Below are positions 6,882 through 10,150 of a DNA stretch of 10,150 bases, piece after piece. Location: assembly GCA_046582655.1 (NCBI GenBank), contig JAYGDX010000215.1, forward strand, positions 1 to 10,150. Direction: 5' to 3'. Each line of letters opens with the position of its first letter. The stretch's first letter is position 1. The notes under the pieces are model-generated. The model was not told the origin of the DNA. It ran no database searches and saw only the letters and a program-made list of their open reading frames with translations. Origin of the DNA: Candidatus Poribacteria bacterium (lineage in GTDB: Bacteria; Poribacteria; WGA-4E; UBA9662). Both the position numbers and the translations under genes were made by a program.

Positions 6882-8819
6882 CTAAGGCCAAAAATTGTAC
6901 ATCTGTTTTTGGGTGATGATGCTGGTCGAACTCCACAGCCCCCCGACGACAAAATCACCCAGAATCAACCCAATGGCAAATCGGGTAAGATGTTGGGCCG
7001 CACTGAATCCACCAATTCTCAACACAGCCCATTTGATTGACCAACTGATTAACAAGCATGTCCATAGATAAGCCATTCCCCAGTCGCTAGAAATAACAAA
7101 GCCAACGGGATGGAAAGGCCACCATAAAAAATGGGTTCGCATAAATATCAACAATCCGGAGAAGAAAACACCCCAAATAAGGGCCAATATGGCATAATAG
7201 TTCGGTTCTTTTGGATAGTACAACCATTGCTGTAGACCGCTATACACTCTTTGACCAAAACCGTAAGACCATCCACCGCCGTTTAAGGCGCCATGCTGAT
7301 AAAAGATATGCAGTATTACCCAGAACACCATCATCGCTCCAAACGCTGTGATACCAATCAGTGCGTAATATAATCTTCTTGTATCAATCCCAGTTCGCCC
7401 AGCTAACTTGAATCCTTCTAATTGATGCGGCATAGGGTGGCTGGTGAAACTTCGTATGAACCACCGATATAGGCTGATAGAGACTAAATTACTTTTACCA
7501 AGCCAGCGTGTACCAAGCACATCAATTAGAACTTGATCTATCTGCATATTTTCCATAGCGTGTACTGGAAACCCAAGTTCCGCTCGCATCCGTGTAAGTA
7601 CGATTATTATCACCAGGTAAATGGCAAAGAAGATTGGAACCAACCAAAATGACATGCCAATTTGCCAGGAAAACAAGCATAAAAACCCTACCCCTAATGC
7701 TAAGCCTGACAGGGCAAACCGGTATGAAACAGGCTCATGACGATCTGTGTCGTTTTTTTTGTATGCTGTTTTGATCACATTTTTCAAGTAGTTCAGATTG
7801 AACAGTAACAAGGTCAAAAACAGACCGATTGCTGCTCCCAAACACTGACGGTCTATGTAAGGGAAGCCCGGCAGTTTTGTCAAGCCAACGGTACTTGATA
7901 AGACCAGTTGTGCTTTATAAAAAAGAAAAAAGAACCAGCCTGAAAAAGATAGGTCTAAAGGTATTAACAGCCCCAACCCAATGACAAAAGGATAGAAAGA
8001 GACACTGATCCGTCCAATCTCGTTCCAAGGTTTTTCGGTGAATAGATGACCGAATCCTTGCCAACCGCCAATGCGTTTAATAGGTATCTCTGGTAAGCTG
8101 GGGATCAAAAAACTCACGCCATTAAAAATGCCAATAAAGGCAGAAGTACAGAATCCAATCCACACAATTCGGTAAGAAAACAATGATCCTGTTTGATTAA
8201 TAAATTGATATGGAAGTTGGGCAATGGGATATGACAGGCGTTCATGCTCAATCCACTGTTTTCTAATGATGGTATTGATGCACAACATCATAAAGATCAA
8301 AACGGTGACAAATAATGACCAATACAGCGTGGGCTGAATCCAGGCTATGAGATGTTGGGCGAGATAAAACGTCGAATCACCTTGATAATAACTGGCCAAG
8401 ACATCTTTATCTCGGACTGTCAACCACGATGGCAGTTGATCCCAAAAAAGCTGGCGCCATTCGTTTTCTGGGGTATTGAACCAGAATGCGTGTCCAACTG
8501 TCGTCACCAGAATAGTCATCAAAGTTATTGAAGGTAGAGCGCAGGCGGCACTTAGCAAAATATAGGTGGTTAATAGTTCATTGGCTGTAAACAACTGGAT
8601 GCTGGTAGATCTCTTCAAGACGTTATTGAGGATGACCAGCAAAAACACAGTGAAAACAACATTATAAAACGGTACCGCATATGTATTTAAAGCGTATCCG
8701 ACCAGCCCAACTTCGCCAGCGATGATCCAATAATAGCTTAACGGAATCAGACAAATTGCGACTGCAACTGATTTCCAAGTCACACCGGTTTGCTTTGAAG
8801 TTGCCAATCTGGTTGTCAA
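6882..8819 (-). CDS. Large polytopic membrane protein, DUF6785/DUF6784-like, putative transporter
   Basis: 645 aa with many hydrophobic helices. Motifs RKQWIEHERLSYPIAQLP, LTRMRAELGFPVH, PMPHQLEGFKLA and WWPFHPVGF match this family as I recall it. The TTG start at 8819 is uncertain; there is no in-frame ATG upstream before the stop at about 8889. Confidence 0.75.
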   Translation of the reverse strand: MTTRLATSKQTGVTWKSVAVAICLIPLSYYWIIAGEVGLVGYALNTYAVPFYNVVFTVFLLVILNNVLKRSTSIQLFTANELLTTYILLSAACALPSITLMTILVTTVGHAFWFNTPENEWRQLFWDQLPSWLTVRDKDVLASYYQGDSTFYLAQHLIAWIQPTLYWSLFVTVLIFMMLCINTIIRKQWIEHERLSYPIAQLPYQFINQTGSLFSYRIVWIGFCTSAFIGIFNGVSFLIPSLPEIPIKRIGGWQGFGHLFTEKPWNEIGRISVSFYPFVIGLGLLIPLDLSFSGWFFFLFYKAQLVLSSTVGLTKLPGFPYIDRQCLGAAIGLFLTLLLFNLNYLKNVIKTAYKKNDTDRHEPVSYRFALSGLALGVGFLCLFSWQIGMSFWLVPIFFAIYLVIIIVLTRMRAELGFPVHAMENMQIDQVLIDVLGTRWLGKSNLVSISLYRWFIRSFTSHPMPHQLEGFKLAGRTGIDTRRLYYALIGITAFGAMMVFWVILHIFYQHGALNGGGWSYGFGQRVYSGLQQWLYYPKEPNYYAILALIWGVFFSGLLIFMRTHFLWWPFHPVGFVISSDWGMAYLWTCLLISWSIKWAVLRIGGFSAAQHLTRFAIGLILGDFVVGGLWSSTSIITQKQMYNFWP

Positions 8820-8922
8820 AGATGAATTCGAGTCCGTTTCAATTTTTTGGGATGATGGTAGATTTTTATGGGAGAGACTCAGTTCTCGTTATGCGGTTCA
8901 GTTGATAATGAGCATTTTAAGG

Positions 8923-10008
8923 TCAATAATCACTCACGGCATCCATGATTTTGCTATAATCGGGTTCAACGCCTAAACCAATGCCTGCAGGGATTTGAAA
9001 AGTACCGTTCTGGCATACTAAAGGTGACGTTAAATACTGATTAGCCAACTTCACCGATTTTGGTTTATACTCTAGAAGATATAGATTTGGAATTGCTGCG
9101 CAGAGATGAATCGAAGCTGCGATGCATATACCCAGACCGGTACTGGCGTGTGGCGCTATCTGTCGATGAAAGGCTTGTGCTAAGTCAACTATGGCAAGAT
9201 ATTCGCTCAGCCCGGTACGACCAACATCAGCTTGGATAATGTCCACAGCTTCACGAATGAGAAGTTCTCGGAATTGATAACGTGTTCGTTCGGCTTCGCC
9301 CAGTGCAACAGCTATTCCGGTTTGCTGCCGCAACGTTCGATGATCATCAATAGCTTCGGGGGCTAACGGACATTCAAAAAAAGCGATATCTAAAGTCTGA
9401 AGACGTCTGGCTACAGAAATGGCATCTTGTAGCGAGTAACGCCACATACCGTCATACAATAGAATCACCTCCGCCCCAACTGCTTGGCGGAACGACAGAT
9501 CTAAGGGAATGCCTTTGAAAGCGGTGAATCCTTGTGTAATGTACGTTTGTGCAACTTCAATTGGATTACTGCCCGCTGGATATCCAACATCTTCAGCACT
9601 CAGGCCAGAGACATATACTGGTATCTGGTCACGATAAGATCCTCCGATTAAACGCCATATCGGTTCTTGAAAGATTTTCCCCTTTAAATCCCACAAAGCG
9701 ATATCGCAGGCAGCTATAGCATCTAACATGAAACCTGTTGTGTTCCCGCGTACTCTCATGGCATTGTACATTTCTGACTATAGACTTCTCATATTCCGTG
9801 CATCTCTACCAAGCAGTATTGGACCAAGAAGTTTATCAATGATCGCGGCTGTAACCTCGGGAGTGACAGGTGCCAGGGCTTCTCCCCAACCAACGAGTCC
9901 GCTATTTACTTCTATCCTAATGAAAACTGCTTCATGATGGTGGGCATAAAGTGTCTGGTTTGGGGAACTCGGACGGTAAAAACTTTGACTGGTGTCACTG
10001 GACTGACT
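8923..10008 (-). pseudogene. Second mandelate racemase/muconate lactonizing (enolase superfamily) gene, with no start codon and an internal TAG
   Basis: One frame reads ...FYRPSSPNQTLYAHHHEAVFIRIEVNSGLVGWGEALAPVTPEVTAAIIDKLLGPILLGRDARNMRSL*SEMYNAMRVRG...AIAACDIALWDLKGK. The TAG at 9780-9778 is at a position where the neighbouring paralog has Trp (LWERM). Metal ligands D (LYDG), E (FFECP) and E (LGEAE) and the His (APHAS) are retained. Confidence 0.88.
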
Positions 10009-10149
10009 TTATAGCGCAATTCGCGTTTGATCCGATAAATTGGAGGCACCAGCGTGGAAAACACCATGTTGAAAGATGACTGCATCACCCGCTTTCAGTT
10101 TGAGTTCTACCGCACCGATAGGATAACGAGCTTGTGGCATAGAAGGGGG
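10009..10149 (-). pseudogene. PhyH (phytanoyl-CoA dioxygenase) family Fe(II)/2OG oxygenase, 3' fragment, apparently ending early
   Basis: Reads PPSMPQARYPIGAVELKLKAGDAVIFQHGVFHAGASNLSDQTRIAL*, showing the family signature AGD..F....H...N.S...R. The frame is open to the window edge. TAA at 10011-10009 falls three residues after the 2OG-binding Arg. Confidence 0.75.
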
Positions 10150-10150
10150 G

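Noticed and set aside
6836..6958. N-terminal extension of the DapA-fold ORF given in the track
   Set aside because: It overlaps the upstream gene; a strong GGAGG precedes ATG 6835, where family homology begins.
40..9937. Short antisense or alternate-frame ORFs (40-258, 144-326, 1868-2128, 2271-2456, 2368-2916, 2547-2765, 3068-3319, 3090-3284, 3507-3713, 4138-4320, 6420-6653, 6795-7040, 9728-9937)
   Set aside because: They overlap well-supported genes or pseudogenes and show no recognisable motifs.
9778..10011. Stop-codon recoding or pyrrolysine readthrough
   Set aside because: TAG, TAA and TGA all terminate intact genes in this window. The TAG matches a Trp position, which a single TGG>TAG change explains.
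1..10150. CRISPR array, tRNA/rRNA, IS element or integrase
   Set aside because: No spaced short repeats, RNA-gene signatures, transposase or recombinase motifs, or terminal inverted repeats were seen.

Overview
Bacterial genomic window, gene-dense but with many disrupted genes. The + strand carries the 3' part of an ankyrin-repeat gene containing a near-perfect internal duplication (141 bp, 459-bp period), a small remnant of a PQQ-like beta-propeller gene, a DUF4956 membrane protein, and a two-gene lipoprotein unit (LpoB family plus COG3014/TPR-type). A degraded RimK-like ATP-grasp gene lies on the - strand before the lipoprotein unit. The right half (4699-10150, - strand) is a co-oriented, probably catabolic operon. 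In order it holds a PhyH-family Fe(II)/2OG dioxygenase (partial, ends early), a mandelate-racemase/enolase-superfamily gene (no start codon, internal TAG), a 645-aa polytopic membrane protein (DUF6785/DUF6784-like), a DapA-fold enzyme with L-2-keto-3-deoxyarabinonate-dehydratase-like motifs, and a second enolase-superfamily gene (two frameshifts, one metal ligand lost). Family assignments come from motif recognition by eye; no database search was run. The gene content is reminiscent of Candidatus Poribacteria or similar lineages, which is inference only. No RNA genes, CRISPR arrays or mobile elements were seen.
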